From IMG/VR virus record IMGVR_UViG_3300037258_000279, positions 29,665-93,664 of that record: 64,000 nt of DNA; one strand, given 5' to 3'. The DNA comes from a virus. Shown piece by piece: positions 43,258-52,965 of the stretch (position 1 is its first letter; every line of letters starts with the position of its first letter). The position numbers were made by a program, and so were the translations under genes. The notes beneath the pieces were generated by a model, which ran no database searches, was not told where the DNA came from, and saw nothing but the letters and a program-made list of their open reading frames with translations.

Positions 43258-44238
43258 TCAAAACGCCGGGATATACCGGGTATTCGTGCCGTCCGAGACG
43301 GTGAACCATTCTTGCACCGTCGCGTGCGCGCCAGCTGGCCCGACATTCGACAGCGCCAGCACCGTCGAGCCGTTGGCGGTAAAACCGCCGGAAAAGGTTA
43401 GACTGGCGGTCGCGATAAAAGGCGTCTCGATTGTGACGCCGGCGCTCTTGGTCCATTTCATCATTTCGCCAGCGGAGCCAGCGTTGTCGTACATCCTGAT
43501 ATAGGGCGTGGCGGCCGCCACCAACTGCAATAGAAAATCCGGCGTCCCGGTGCCGCTCGTTTTTAGTTCCAGTGCTTGGTTGCCCGTGCCACTGATCAGG
43601 ATCGAATTAGCCGTCGTTAAGCCGCTGCTGGAATATGTCCCGCTATCGGCGAATGTAACAGTTCCGGTCGCCTGGATCGTGGTGCCTTTGATCGCAAGCG
43701 GCGTGGTGACCCCGAGACTCATATTGTCGATCGTGCTCGCGGCTGTCGGATTGATCGTCAGCGCGCCCGCTGGAGAAATGGTGACGGTGCCAGAGCCAGT
43801 GGGACTCAACACCACATTGGCGCTCGCCGGACTTAACGCCACTGCGCCATTGGCGGTAAAAGCCGCCGTGATCGTCCCCGCGCCAGTTATCGAATGACCA
43901 CCCATGGCGATGTTACCCGCCATCGTCCCGCCGGCAAGGAGCAGATAACCCCCTAAATCGCTCTCAAGCGCGAAACCGCCCGAACCGCCGGCCGTGTTGC
44001 CGAGAGCGGATGCCACACCCGTGCCGACCGGAAGCTCCCCGAGTACGCTAGCGTTATCGTAGAGGATGCGGCCCGACGTTCCGTTCGCGATGGCCGTGGT
44101 GCCGACCGTCAGGCCGCCGCCATCCCCGGAACTACCGATGGCACTGCTAGGCCCGAGCGGCGGCCCCTGAAACTGCGCGTGCGCGGTTCCCGCGAACAGA
44201 AGCGCTGCTAAGAGGGTAAACCCAATTCGACGAATCAT
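43258..44238 (-). CDS. fibre-like beta protein with signal peptide
   Basis: MIRRIGFTLLAALLFAGTAHA|Q; GGTMAGNIAMG, SPTGSGTV fibre motifs; ends RYIPAF. Confidence 0.75.
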   Translation of the reverse strand: MIRRIGFTLLAALLFAGTAHAQFQGPPLGPSSAIGSSGDGGGLTVGTTAIANGTSGRILYDNASVLGELPVGTGVASALGNTAGGSGGFALESDLGGYLLLAGGTMAGNIAMGGHSITGAGTITAAFTANGAVALSPASANVVLSPTGSGTVTISPAGALTINPTAASTIDNMSLGVTTPLAIKGTTIQATGTVTFADSGTYSSSGLTTANSILISGTGNQALELKTSGTGTPDFLLQLVAAATPYIRMYDNAGSAGEMMKWTKSAGVTIETPFIATASLTFSGGFTANGSTVLALSNVGPAGAHATVQEWFTVSDGTNTRYIPAF

Positions 44239-44247
44239 GGGTCCAAC

Positions 44248-44625
44248 CTATTTGTAATAATCGATGTCGAGCGGCCCGGCACCGGCCGCCTGCTGGATAA
44301 ACTGAAGTGCTGCCAGCGGCCCGGAATAGGCGAAACAAAATGGAGCGGTGACACTGCCGGCCGCGACTGGAACGCCGACACTCGCGGTCGGCGCCGTACC
44401 ATCGTCGCGATACCGTACCGCGCCGCCTTCGTTGCAGATCTCCGCGATCGTGGCACCGGCTGGAACCGTGAGCAGCGCAGCGGTGCCCGAGATCGTGAGT
44501 TGCTGGAAGCCGAGAATAACCGTGTAGCGGTACGGCGCCACCGACACCGGGGGCGCCTGCGCAAATGCGCCCCACGTCAACATCGTCACATAAGCGATCG
44601 ATGCTAGGCCGAAACGGATCTTCAA
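44248..44625 (-). CDS. small beta-sandwich protein with signal peptide
   Basis: TTG at 44625 overlapping the upstream stop; ...TWGAFA|Q; VRYRDDGTAPTASVG. Confidence 0.65.
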   Translation of the reverse strand: MKIRFGLASIAYVTMLTWGAFAQAPPVSVAPYRYTVILGFQQLTISGTAALLTVPAGATIAEICNEGGAVRYRDDGTAPTASVGVPVAAGSVTAPFCFAYSGPLAALQFIQQAAGAGPLDIDYYK

Positions 44626-45290
44626 TTTCTGATCCCCGATTGCCGCAAGATCAACTCGCCCTGTCCCGCGCCGAGCGTGATCGTGAGCCGAATACCGGAT
44701 ACCGCGCGATTCACCACACCTTGCGCCGGGCCCACCATGTTTCCCAATCCCAGCCACGAATACGGATTAGGAATCGGCGGCGCCTGGCTATAGCCGGGCT
44801 GGTAGATCGGCAGTGGCGCCAAAACCGATTCGTCGCAAACCTCGACGCTGGCCGTCACGGCACCCGAAAGAAGCTCGAATGCCGCCGACACTTCGAACGG
44901 CGTGATGTTGTAGTTGGGAACCCACCACCGCGTGCTGCCGGTCGTGTTGGTGCCGACCTCCACCGTCGTTGCGACGGCGCCTGATGCCGCCACCTGCGTG
45001 ACGGTAAGGAAATCCTGCTGTGTCGCCACCGCTCCGGCATTGGCTCCGGCTAGTGTCTCGGAGATCGGAACGCCAGCATCGTTCGTACCGGTGACGGTGA
45101 ACTTGATACCGGAATCGTTTCCACCGCTGGTGATGAGCACGCGGCGTTGCGTGTCGAGAATCGCGACGCCGGCCACCGCATCGGCGCCGTTGATAAGCAG
45201 ATTGCCGGCGGCACCGAGCGGTTGCGATGCGCAAATGGCAGTCGCACTGGCCGCGGCGAGCTGCTTGGTGAGCGTCGTCGATTGGCCCAT
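44622..45290 (-). CDS. virion structural protein
   Basis: RRVLITSGGNDSGIKFTVTGT...SETLAG motif, resembling 45316..46296. Confidence 0.7.
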   Translation of the reverse strand: MGQSTTLTKQLAAASATAICASQPLGAAGNLLINGADAVAGVAILDTQRRVLITSGGNDSGIKFTVTGTNDAGVPISETLAGANAGAVATQQDFLTVTQVAASGAVATTVEVGTNTTGSTRWWVPNYNITPFEVSAAFELLSGAVTASVEVCDESVLAPLPIYQPGYSQAPPIPNPYSWLGLGNMVGPAQGVVNRAVSGIRLTITLGAGQGELILRQSGIRN

Positions 45291-45315
45291 CTTTCTCCGC
45301 CCCGATCAGGGGAAA

Positions 45316-46296
45316 TCAGACCTGCGGAACGCCGAAAAGTCCCTGCAAGAAATTGGCGTAGAGGGGACCGATAACATTGGCGAGTGACATGCGCACGGCG
45401 ATCTGAAGGCTCTTCGCGCCATCGCTCGCGCTTTGCGTCGCGTAGGTCCCGCGCACGTCGCCCGTGAGCGCCGTCGCCGGGCTCGTCGTGTCGGCCGCGG
45501 TGAAACCCGTGCTCGACGAAATCCCGGCGCTGTTCCAGACCAGCGTATCGAGATAAGCGATCTCGTTGACTTGGAGGTTGAAGCCGTAAATGTCGCTGGT
45601 GCCGATCGACACCAAGTTGGCGCTGGCCGCATTCGGCGTAACCGAAGCGACCCATTTGAAAGCCTTCTTGGTATTGACCGTGTTGTTGTTCGGCCCCGCC
45701 AAGGTCTGCGTCATCGGATTGCCGTAGATGTCATAACCCTTGACGGTGTAATTGATGCCCGACAGGTTTGACACCGACGTCAATGAGACGCAGCGCGCAA
45801 GTCCCTTGGTCGGATCGAACCAGGAGAACGCCCCGACCGGTCCCGCGCCAGCCCAATTCGGATTGCCGTCGATCGCAAGCGATCCCGCAGGTACGACCAA
45901 GCCGGTCGGCAACACTGTGAAGGGAGTCGCCAACAGCGTGATACCCGCGCCGGATACCGCCACAAGATTGAGTGGCGTGTTCATGACGGAAGCCTGCGCT
46001 GCCGCGATGTTCACGTTCGAAATCGTGGACGGCACTGCGTCCGTCACCATCGGATCGGGGCCATAGAAGCCGACGTCCTGGTTCGGATAGCCGCCCGCAA
46101 CGTTGGCGCCGGCGCCGATGCGCTGCAAATACCGAATGTCGCGCAGACCGATGCCCATGAAATACAGGGACGGACCTGCATCCTGATTGAGATTGCTCAC
46201 CAATGCGGCGCCACCACCGATATATGGCATCGGGCCATTCAGGGGCGGCTTCAGGCCCTCAACGGAAGTCGGGCCGGGCTGACCACTCGCGCTCAT
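45316..46296 (-). CDS. virion structural / decoration protein
   Basis: YTVKGYDIYG.PMTQTL...KKAFK...TGDVRGTY; downstream of the major capsid gene. Confidence 0.7.
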   Translation of the reverse strand: MSASGQPGPTSVEGLKPPLNGPMPYIGGGAALVSNLNQDAGPSLYFMGIGLRDIRYLQRIGAGANVAGGYPNQDVGFYGPDPMVTDAVPSTISNVNIAAAQASVMNTPLNLVAVSGAGITLLATPFTVLPTGLVVPAGSLAIDGNPNWAGAGPVGAFSWFDPTKGLARCVSLTSVSNLSGINYTVKGYDIYGNPMTQTLAGPNNNTVNTKKAFKWVASVTPNAASANLVSIGTSDIYGFNLQVNEIAYLDTLVWNSAGISSSTGFTAADTTSPATALTGDVRGTYATQSASDGAKSLQIAVRMSLANVIGPLYANFLQGLFGVPQV

Positions 46297-46585
46297 GCGG
46301 CCTTCTCCTTGTCGGCAACCGCGGGCAGACCTGCCGCCCGCATGAAGATGTTCTTGGCACGCCCCGCCAACAAAGGCTCATAACCGCCAGAATCGAGCTC
46401 CGCCCCCGTCACGAGCACATCGGTGTGACGGTTTCCACCGCCCTGGCCCGTCAATTCGATGCCACGGGTCGTCACAACGAGTTCGTGCTCGACGCCATGC
46501 TCCCTCGCCAACGACTCAGCCAGCGGGTGAAGCATCTGCGCGATGGCGTCGTGGCGCCGGCGGTGTGGCGTGTGCTGGGCGGCCG

Positions 46586-47248
46586 TCATGCCGACTCCTT
46601 GCGCGCAACGAGCGGCACGACATTCGACGACGGATCCGCGGCGTGCTGCTCGAGATAAGATGCCGTCAGACGAAGCGTCTGCACGTTCTCGCGCGAGTGT
46701 CCGATCATCAGATTGCAGCCGTTGCACACCAAACCGCGCACGGCGCCAGTATCGTGATTGTGGTCAACGGCCAGCGCCCGCACGCGCCCACGGTAAGTGG
46801 ACGTCTCGGACTTGCCGCAGCAGGCGCAGACGCCGCCTTGCGCCACGAGCATCGCCTCGTATTGCTCGCGTGTCAGACCGAAATCGCGCTTGATCTGGTG
46901 CCAACGAAAGCGTTCTGGATTGCGCTCTCGGGCAGCGCGATCATACGCATTGCGACCTTCACGCTTGGCGTAATGAAATTCGCCGTACGTCAGGTTCTCG
47001 ATCCGGCAATCCTGTCCATCGCCGTTCTTGAACCGCAGGATGCGCTCCGGCCACTCGCCATGGACGTAGAACCACGCGACACGTTGCGCCGGATACTTCT
47101 TTCGGTCGAGCATGATCAGCCGATAGCCCATGTCGCGGTTGAAACCCGCGACCTTGCCACTGACTCGCCAATAGAACATGCCCGTGGCCCGATCGTACTC
47201 GACCAGTTCCAGGAGCCGCTCATGCGTGATCAAACTCTTTTGTGTCAC
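46586..47248 (-). CDS. homing endonuclease (degenerate HNH plus endonuclease VII domain)
   Basis: YDRATGMFYWR...YVHGEWP; QGGVCACC...LAVDHNHDTGAVRGLVCNGCN. Confidence 0.85.
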   Translation of the reverse strand: MTQKSLITHERLLELVEYDRATGMFYWRVSGKVAGFNRDMGYRLIMLDRKKYPAQRVAWFYVHGEWPERILRFKNGDGQDCRIENLTYGEFHYAKREGRNAYDRAARERNPERFRWHQIKRDFGLTREQYEAMLVAQGGVCACCGKSETSTYRGRVRALAVDHNHDTGAVRGLVCNGCNLMIGHSRENVQTLRLTASYLEQHAADPSSNVVPLVARKESA

Positions 47249-47295
47249 TTCCGATAGCCGTCTTTTTTCCTAATGTGTTAGATTAAGATAACACA

Positions 47296-48204
47296 CTATG
47301 CGGTTGGAGCAGAAATCCAAATTCCCCTCGGATTTTTCCATGCGACGCCGTAGCGCTGATAGCCCACAATCAGCAAGTTTCCTGTGACGGGGTCGACCTG
47401 CATGTCGAGCTCGAACGGAATGCGCTCGTAGGACACCAAGCCCTTGATGGTCGACAGCACGCACCAGAGGTACGACGAGGTGAGGTAGTCCATCACCTGG
47501 TAGGCTTCCGGCAGCGCGCCCGCCGAAATGAAGGCGGTGATGTCGTTGGTGTTGGTGCCCGGCCGAAGCTCGGCGTTGGTCAGGCGCTCGGCGGTGTATT
47601 GGAGCGAAATCGGCACGACAAGTTTGCGCGAGCGCGCGAGCAACCGATTGCCGGCTTGGTCGGGAAACACGCGGATCTGCTGCGTCGCGTATTCGATCGC
47701 CGCTTCGTTGAGGTCGAGGTCGGGCGACGGCCGGTTGGCGTAGACGCCGTTGTCGATCGGATGCTGCGTCGATGCCAAGGGCTGCGCGTCGCCGATGACC
47801 GTTGGGTTCACCGAAGTCGAGGTGTTGATGACGTTGGCGTGCACGATTTCTTCGGTTTGAGCGAACGACTCGGCCAAGCCGATCGTCATCGGGCCGAAAT
47901 GATCCTTGTAGAGGTTGTCGTCCAATGCCTCGCGGGTCAGGGCCGTGCCGAGACCGTAGGCGTTGTGTTCGATCTGCCAGATGAAGCGTTCACCGGGCGC
48001 GTTATCGAAGGTGGTGGCGCCGCCCTCCATCTTGAGCTGCGCGAGGCCCGTGTAGCGCATTTCGGCGATGCGCTCCATGGCCATCTTCGAGAAGCCGCGG
48101 AAGAAGACACCGGGCCACTGGCGCTGGATTTGTGGATACTTGCCTTCCACACCGGCAAGGCCCGGGAGCAATAAATCTCTCTCACTTCCGCGAGTTATGG
48201 CCAC
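47296..48204 (-). CDS. major capsid protein
   Basis: LLLPGL...EGG...TREALDDNLY...GD.QPL.ST.HP...KLVVP...RY; follows the scaffold genes. Confidence 0.85.
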   Translation of the reverse strand: MAITRGSERDLLLPGLAGVEGKYPQIQRQWPGVFFRGFSKMAMERIAEMRYTGLAQLKMEGGATTFDNAPGERFIWQIEHNAYGLGTALTREALDDNLYKDHFGPMTIGLAESFAQTEEIVHANVINTSTSVNPTVIGDAQPLASTQHPIDNGVYANRPSPDLDLNEAAIEYATQQIRVFPDQAGNRLLARSRKLVVPISLQYTAERLTNAELRPGTNTNDITAFISAGALPEAYQVMDYLTSSYLWCVLSTIKGLVSYERIPFELDMQVDPVTGNLLIVGYQRYGVAWKNPRGIWISAPTA

Positions 48205-48338
48205 CTGTCACGCCCTCCTTGCGAATTCGCCGAGATGTTCTCGATCGAACATCTCTGTCAGCGCTTCCCACGTCAGGAAGCTCTCGAAGTCTGTCGGGTT
48301 GCCCCGGTTTGATCCGTCCTTGGCCATCTTCTGCCGGC

Positions 48339-48926
48339 TTACGGGGAGACGAGATTGTTGAACATGACCTCGATCATGTCGTAGAGCGAGGTCGGATCGC
48401 TTGGTGGATTCGGCACGATTCCGGTGATCCGGAACGGCAGACTCGCGCCTGCGCCCATGTCGGCGCAATCGGCCGAATAGGTCGAGATCTGGTTGTTGCC
48501 CGGCGTGGCACCACGAGCGAAGTTGATGTTCGAGCCGATATTGGTTTGCCCGATAATCACACCGCCGGCGCCGTTGGTACGCACCCGGAATTTCGCCTGC
48601 GAATTGATGACGACTTTGCAGATGATCGAGCCGCCAGCCACGACGTCGGCCGTGTTACCAAGCCACGCACGGCCGCGATAGGTACCGCCGAACGAAATGC
48701 TCTGCCAGACGAAATCTGGTAGGAACACGCCACCGATCTGGGCGCCTCCGCCAACTTCCGCGGCATAATCGTAGTAGCCGCCCGCAAGCACCGCCGCGAC
48801 ATCGCCGCCGAAGATCGAGTGGGCATTGTTGACCGCGATCTGTCCGGTATAGACGCCGAAATTCGGCGAAATGCCGTCGAGCAGACCGGTTTCGGCGAAG
48901 CCAAACGGCGTGGATGGATTCGACAT
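48339..48926 (-). CDS. capsid-associated (cement-like) protein
   Basis: MSNPSTPFGF...IFGGD; immediately upstream of the capsid gene. Confidence 0.65.
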   Translation of the reverse strand: MSNPSTPFGFAETGLLDGISPNFGVYTGQIAVNNAHSIFGGDVAAVLAGGYYDYAAEVGGGAQIGGVFLPDFVWQSISFGGTYRGRAWLGNTADVVAGGSIICKVVINSQAKFRVRTNGAGGVIIGQTNIGSNINFARGATPGNNQISTYSADCADMGAGASLPFRITGIVPNPPSDPTSLYDMIEVMFNNLVSP

Positions 48927-48928
48927 CG

Positions 48929-49534
48929 TTAAGCCTCCACCTCGACGTCATCGTCGTCGGGAACGAGGTTCGCTCCGCGTTCGACGTGACGGGAAATTTG
49001 CGTCTTATCGCCGATCGCTCGCTTCGAGCTGGAGCGAAGCCGATTCATCTGATCATCGACCTGGCGGTTCGCCTTTGTCTCTTCTTCCCGGCGTGCCACG
49101 TCGCTGAGCGTGTTGGGACGCACCAGGAGCATCAAGTCGCGATCGACGATCGGATCGTCGTCTTGCACCTTCTTCAGGTAGCCGAGTTCGATGAGGCGCG
49201 GATCGGCCGTGTTGCGCAGGCCGCTCAGGTCCGGAAAATCCGCCGCACGAACGATCTGCCATCCGGCACGCAGAAATTCCGTGAAGCGCGGATTGGGCTG
49301 CCCCTTGATTTTCACAGCGCCCCAGAAATAATCCATGCCCTTCTGGCGGGCGCTCTTCTCGATCCCGTAGCGCTCGTGGTCTTCACGGGGCCGCATGCGC
49401 GTGAAACCCGCTTCCGCGCGCGCATCCATGCGGCCGCGATCACGGCCATCGTCGGCGGACGGCGCGGGTGGCCGCGCGACGGCTGCCGGTGGGACGACGG
49501 CGGGTTCGGAAGCGGCTGCGTGTCCGTTGGCCAT
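48929..49534 (-). CDS. head-module protein
   Basis: GMDYFW...GWQIV...DLMLLVRP pattern; position. Confidence 0.65.
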   Translation of the reverse strand: MANGHAAASEPAVVPPAAVARPPAPSADDGRDRGRMDARAEAGFTRMRPREDHERYGIEKSARQKGMDYFWGAVKIKGQPNPRFTEFLRAGWQIVRAADFPDLSGLRNTADPRLIELGYLKKVQDDDPIVDRDLMLLVRPNTLSDVARREEETKANRQVDDQMNRLRSSSKRAIGDKTQISRHVERGANLVPDDDDVEVEA

Positions 49535-49539
49535 GATGT

Positions 49540-50640
49540 TTACCCCACGACCGCATCGCGCGCCCAGGCGCGGCGACGGGTCGATCCATGTGTCGGGCTG
49601 TGCGCCAGCGCGTGATACCAGCGAATGATCGTCTCGTCGGTGCGATCGGTGGCGTTGGGCTCGATCGACTCATAGAGCGAGCGCGCCGTCTCGAGTTCCA
49701 TCATGGTGGGCTCGATCCGGCCGTTGCGCGTCTGTGATGCGGAACGCTGCGATGCCTCGACGATTCGGCGCGACGGTGGCGCCGCAACCGCGCGCATGCC
49801 ATCGCCGCCCTTACCGACGGCCCGCGTTTGCTGTTGTTGCTGTTGATCCGCCGGCACCGCATCGATGCGCATGACGGGCGCGTCGCGAGTGTTGCCCACG
49901 GGTGCCGCCTCCAAAGTGTGCTGCTGTTGCATCGGCGTCACGACCGGCGGTGCATCGCCCGCATGGGCATCCGGATCGGCGCCGGAGAACGGCGAATCGC
50001 CACCGTCGCTACCTTCCACTTGAGCGGCAGCGCGCGCCGCCGCTTGCGCGGCGGCATCGCCACCGGCCGGCGGTGCCCGGTCCGGGTAAACGGCCTTTTC
50101 GATTTCGGCGAAATACTCGGGCGTGTCCTGGGCCAATCCCCTGACATCGCGCGCATAGGCGGCGGCGGCATTGGCCTTTTTCTGGAAAGCCGGGTCTGCC
50201 GTATAGGCCGGATTGCGCGCAATCCAAGTCTGCTCGGCAGCGGTGTAGGTGGTCTGCGCCGGCGCTGGCGGCGCCGCGGCTTGGCGATCGGCGATCTGGC
50301 GCTGCTCGCCCACCCATGCCTTCCGGTCGCGCAGGCTCTGCAAGCGCGCTGAAGCGTCCGACATCTTCGCCATGGCATCGGCGGCTTTATCGAACTCGCC
50401 ATCCTTCTGCAAGGTCGCCCATTGCGACTTGTAGGCATTCACCTCGCCGTCTGTCTGGGTAATGGCACCGTCGATCTGCGATTCCTGCGATGCCCACTGT
50501 TTGCCGGTTTCGACGCGAAGCTGTTGCTGAAGCTGGGTCGCTCCTTGCACCGCTACCTGTTCGCGCCGTGTCGCCGCGGCGAGTGCCGCGCGGAGCGCTT
50601 CGGTTTCGGCGTTGGGAGTGGCTGCTGCGGGTTCGGCCAT
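49540..50640 (-). CDS. capsid scaffolding protein
   Basis: coiled coil, W..RNP.Y, PEYFAEI, VAAP; upstream of the capsid genes. Confidence 0.7.
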   Translation of the reverse strand: MAEPAAATPNAETEALRAALAAATRREQVAVQGATQLQQQLRVETGKQWASQESQIDGAITQTDGEVNAYKSQWATLQKDGEFDKAADAMAKMSDASARLQSLRDRKAWVGEQRQIADRQAAAPPAPAQTTYTAAEQTWIARNPAYTADPAFQKKANAAAAYARDVRGLAQDTPEYFAEIEKAVYPDRAPPAGGDAAAQAAARAAAQVEGSDGGDSPFSGADPDAHAGDAPPVVTPMQQQHTLEAAPVGNTRDAPVMRIDAVPADQQQQQQTRAVGKGGDGMRAVAAPPSRRIVEASQRSASQTRNGRIEPTMMELETARSLYESIEPNATDRTDETIIRWYHALAHSPTHGSTRRRAWARDAVVG

Positions 50641-50655
50641 GGTGTGAGGCTCCGA

Positions 50656-51087
50656 TCAGGCAACCAAGTCGGGGCGGGAAATCTTCGCCAGAATGTACTG
50701 GCACCCGACGAACCGACAGGGTTGCGTATCCAGGAAGAACGGGTGGGACGTCTTGACGTCGAACATCACCCAATCGCCGGCCTTCGGCGGCGCCGGATTG
50801 CCGTCCTTGTCGGCGAACCATCCGGTGGTCTTTTCGGTGTTGTAGGCAAATGGGCCAACTTTCATCACCAAGCCGGTGACGCCCTGCCACCGATATTCAT
50901 TGCGCGAGCCGTCCGGCATGATGATGCCGCCCGCGGTCTTCGCGTCCTTTGGCGGCTCGTACACCGCGACAAGAACGTCCTGACCGCCGACCTCGATATG
51001 ATCCAACAGAGGGTTGACGCGAAGACGAATCGCTATTGCAGGATCGTCACCGGTAATCCTGAGTGCTCTGCTGATAAGCTCGGACAC
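50656..51087 (-). CDS. GroES-like co-chaperonin
   Basis: KTAGGIIMPD...GLVMKVGP...GDWVMF. Confidence 0.85.
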   Translation of the reverse strand: MSELISRALRITGDDPAIAIRLRVNPLLDHIEVGGQDVLVAVYEPPKDAKTAGGIIMPDGSRNEYRWQGVTGLVMKVGPFAYNTEKTTGWFADKDGNPAPPKAGDWVMFDVKTSHPFFLDTQPCRFVGCQYILAKISRPDLVA

Positions 51088-51138
51088 GTAATCCCCACCC
51101 CCGCGCTTCCGACACCAAACTACATTTCGATTGTGGAA

Positions 51139-51167
51139 AATATCACGGAATCGGGGGGTTGCGTCAA
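51139..51167 (-). promoter_or_regulatory. candidate sigma70 promoter for the head operon
   Basis: TTGACG-N17-GATATT in an intergenic gap. Confidence 0.4.
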
Positions 51168-51204
51168 GGACGATCTACAGCATCGACGGTGTGATTTGTA
51201 ATTC

Positions 51205-51444
51205 TCAGTCTTCGACGTTCGGCAGCGGGCGCGATTCCGGCTTCTTCCGGTCGATGCCTTTGCGGATATCGATGCACAGCGCGATCACGTCTTCGATCTC
51301 ATTCACCCGGCCACACAAGGCCGCATATTCGTAGGGGTCTAAACTCCCCGACAGGATTCTTTTCGCGTACCCTTCGTGCTCTTCCCGTAGGTGTTTCAGC
51401 AGTCGGCCAAGTTCGCTCGACGTTTCGATTTCCATATCAGCCAT
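51205..51444 (-). CDS. hypothetical head-module protein
   Basis: GAGGA RBS; EY..LCG motif. Confidence 0.65.
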   Translation of the reverse strand: MADMEIETSSELGRLLKHLREEHEGYAKRILSGSLDPYEYAALCGRVNEIEDVIALCIDIRKGIDRKKPESRPLPNVED

Positions 51445-51847
51445 CGGTTTCTTCCTCGGATTCCGGTGACTCTATTTCCTTTGGTGGACGATCCATCCCC
51501 GCGGCAACGAGAAGTCCACGCTTGATCTGCGCCATGTCTCGCGATCCGAGCGCGTTCAACCCAGCGACCGATTCATTGCGCGCGACTCGCCGCGCCAGTT
51601 CGCGCAAGCCCGGTGCTTTGACTTCGTCTTTTTCGATTTCGCCGGCGAGCCAGTCGAGCAATTCACGCTGGCGCGCGTAGGCTTCGCCCAGGATCATTTG
51701 AAGCCGCATCTCGGGATCACCAGCAACGACACGCAGCCCCGTGTCCACTGCATGAGAGATCCGGCGCCGCCGCTCTTCCGGCGACGTACCGGCCGTCTCG
51801 ACAGTGATTTGAACGCCGCCGCGGCGCGGAGCCGGCGCCTTCGACAT
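51437..51847 (-). CDS. hypothetical protein
   Basis: TAATG coupling at 51847. Confidence 0.55.
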   Translation of the reverse strand: MSKAPAPRRGGVQITVETAGTSPEERRRRISHAVDTGLRVVAGDPEMRLQMILGEAYARQRELLDWLAGEIEKDEVKAPGLRELARRVARNESVAGLNALGSRDMAQIKRGLLVAAGMDRPPKEIESPESEEETDG

Positions 51848-52059
51848 TAAGGATTGCGCTCTTCGCGCTCCTTGATGGTGAGGCCGCGCGCCGCCAGTTC
51901 CATTTCCTGACGGATCCATTCTTTCATCGCGGCAGGATCGCCAGCGGCTGCGGCGCTTTCCTTGAACTTCGCGTCGACTGCCGCGCTGATGATCTGCTTG
52001 ATTTCGTCGGCAGTGAGCGCCGGTGGGGCTGGCGGTGTCGCCGCTTCGTCGGGTGCCAT
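51847..52059 (-). CDS. hypothetical protein
   Basis: GAGGA RBS. Confidence 0.6.
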   Translation of the reverse strand: MAPDEAATPPAPPALTADEIKQIISAAVDAKFKESAAAAGDPAAMKEWIRQEMELAARGLTIKEREERNP

Positions 52060-52091
52060 GTCGCTGTCCTCAATTTGCTTTCAGAAAAAAA

Positions 52092-52907
52092 TCAGTAGGG
52101 AAGCGCTTTCGTCTTCTCGAGGCGCCCTTCGCCCGAGAGCGAGCCCGCCGTCATCTTGGGACGACCGGCGCGGCCTCCTTCGGCACGTTTCGCGCGGCCG
52201 CCTGACTTCGTCATCGGCGGTGCGCCCATGCCGCCAGGGGCTACGCCTGGCTGGCCTTGCGCCATTTGGGCCATCTTCATCTGCTGGATCTGCTGCGGCG
52301 TAACCGCTGTTCCGCCGTCTGGTCCCGGCATGCCGCCACCCATATCCCGATGGGGATGGCGTTCCTTTTTCTCGCCCGCGCGGCCGCCAGCCTTGCGCAT
52401 CATCGGCATGGCACCCGCAGCGCCCGGCGGCATTCCAACGCCCGGCGGCGGCATCGGCGGCCGCATTCCAGCACCCGGCGGCATGGCGCCTGCCGGCGGC
52501 GGAGGCGGGGCGGCCGGGACAGGCCGCGGCGGAGGCATCGGCATGGCGCCGCCCATCGGCGGTCCGGCCGGAGGCATGGCACCATGGCCTGGGGCCATGA
52601 TAATGTTGATCTTGGTTTTGGCGTCCTTGCCCCTGCCGCGTGCGCCCTTATCCGCGCGCCGTGGCCCAGCATCGCCACCGGCCGAGCCGCCATCGGCAAG
52701 GCGGATGCGTTCGTGCTTGCCGCCGTGTTCGGCGTTTTCGTGTTGGCGCAGCGCGGATTTAATCATCCGCGCGTCTTCGCCCTTGTCGTCATCGTGCGAG
52801 CGGCCACCGGTGCGCATGTGACCGCCGGCCTTGCCGAGATGATGTCCGGTGCGAGCGATGAGTTCCCGGGCCTTTTTTCGACCTTCGCGCTCGTGATGGA
52901 ATGCCAT
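52092..52907 (-). CDS. Gly/Pro/Met-rich protein with repeated xxGG motifs
   Basis: KTKINII, AG..SGEGRLEK, many KAGG/ADGG motifs. Confidence 0.7.
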   Translation of the reverse strand: MAFHHEREGRKKARELIARTGHHLGKAGGHMRTGGRSHDDDKGEDARMIKSALRQHENAEHGGKHERIRLADGGSAGGDAGPRRADKGARGRGKDAKTKINIIMAPGHGAMPPAGPPMGGAMPMPPPRPVPAAPPPPPAGAMPPGAGMRPPMPPPGVGMPPGAAGAMPMMRKAGGRAGEKKERHPHRDMGGGMPGPDGGTAVTPQQIQQMKMAQMAQGQPGVAPGGMGAPPMTKSGGRAKRAEGGRAGRPKMTAGSLSGEGRLEKTKALPY

Positions 52908-52965
52908 GGGATAACCCCCGCCTGTCGAGAATCCGCTTACACCATATCACGCGTGCCCGACATCG

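Noticed and set aside
48208-48335. HDV-like ribozyme before the capsid gene (hairpin followed by GGCGAA)
   Set aside because: P1 and P3 cannot be formed convincingly. It may be a simple structured leader or a 39-aa ORF.
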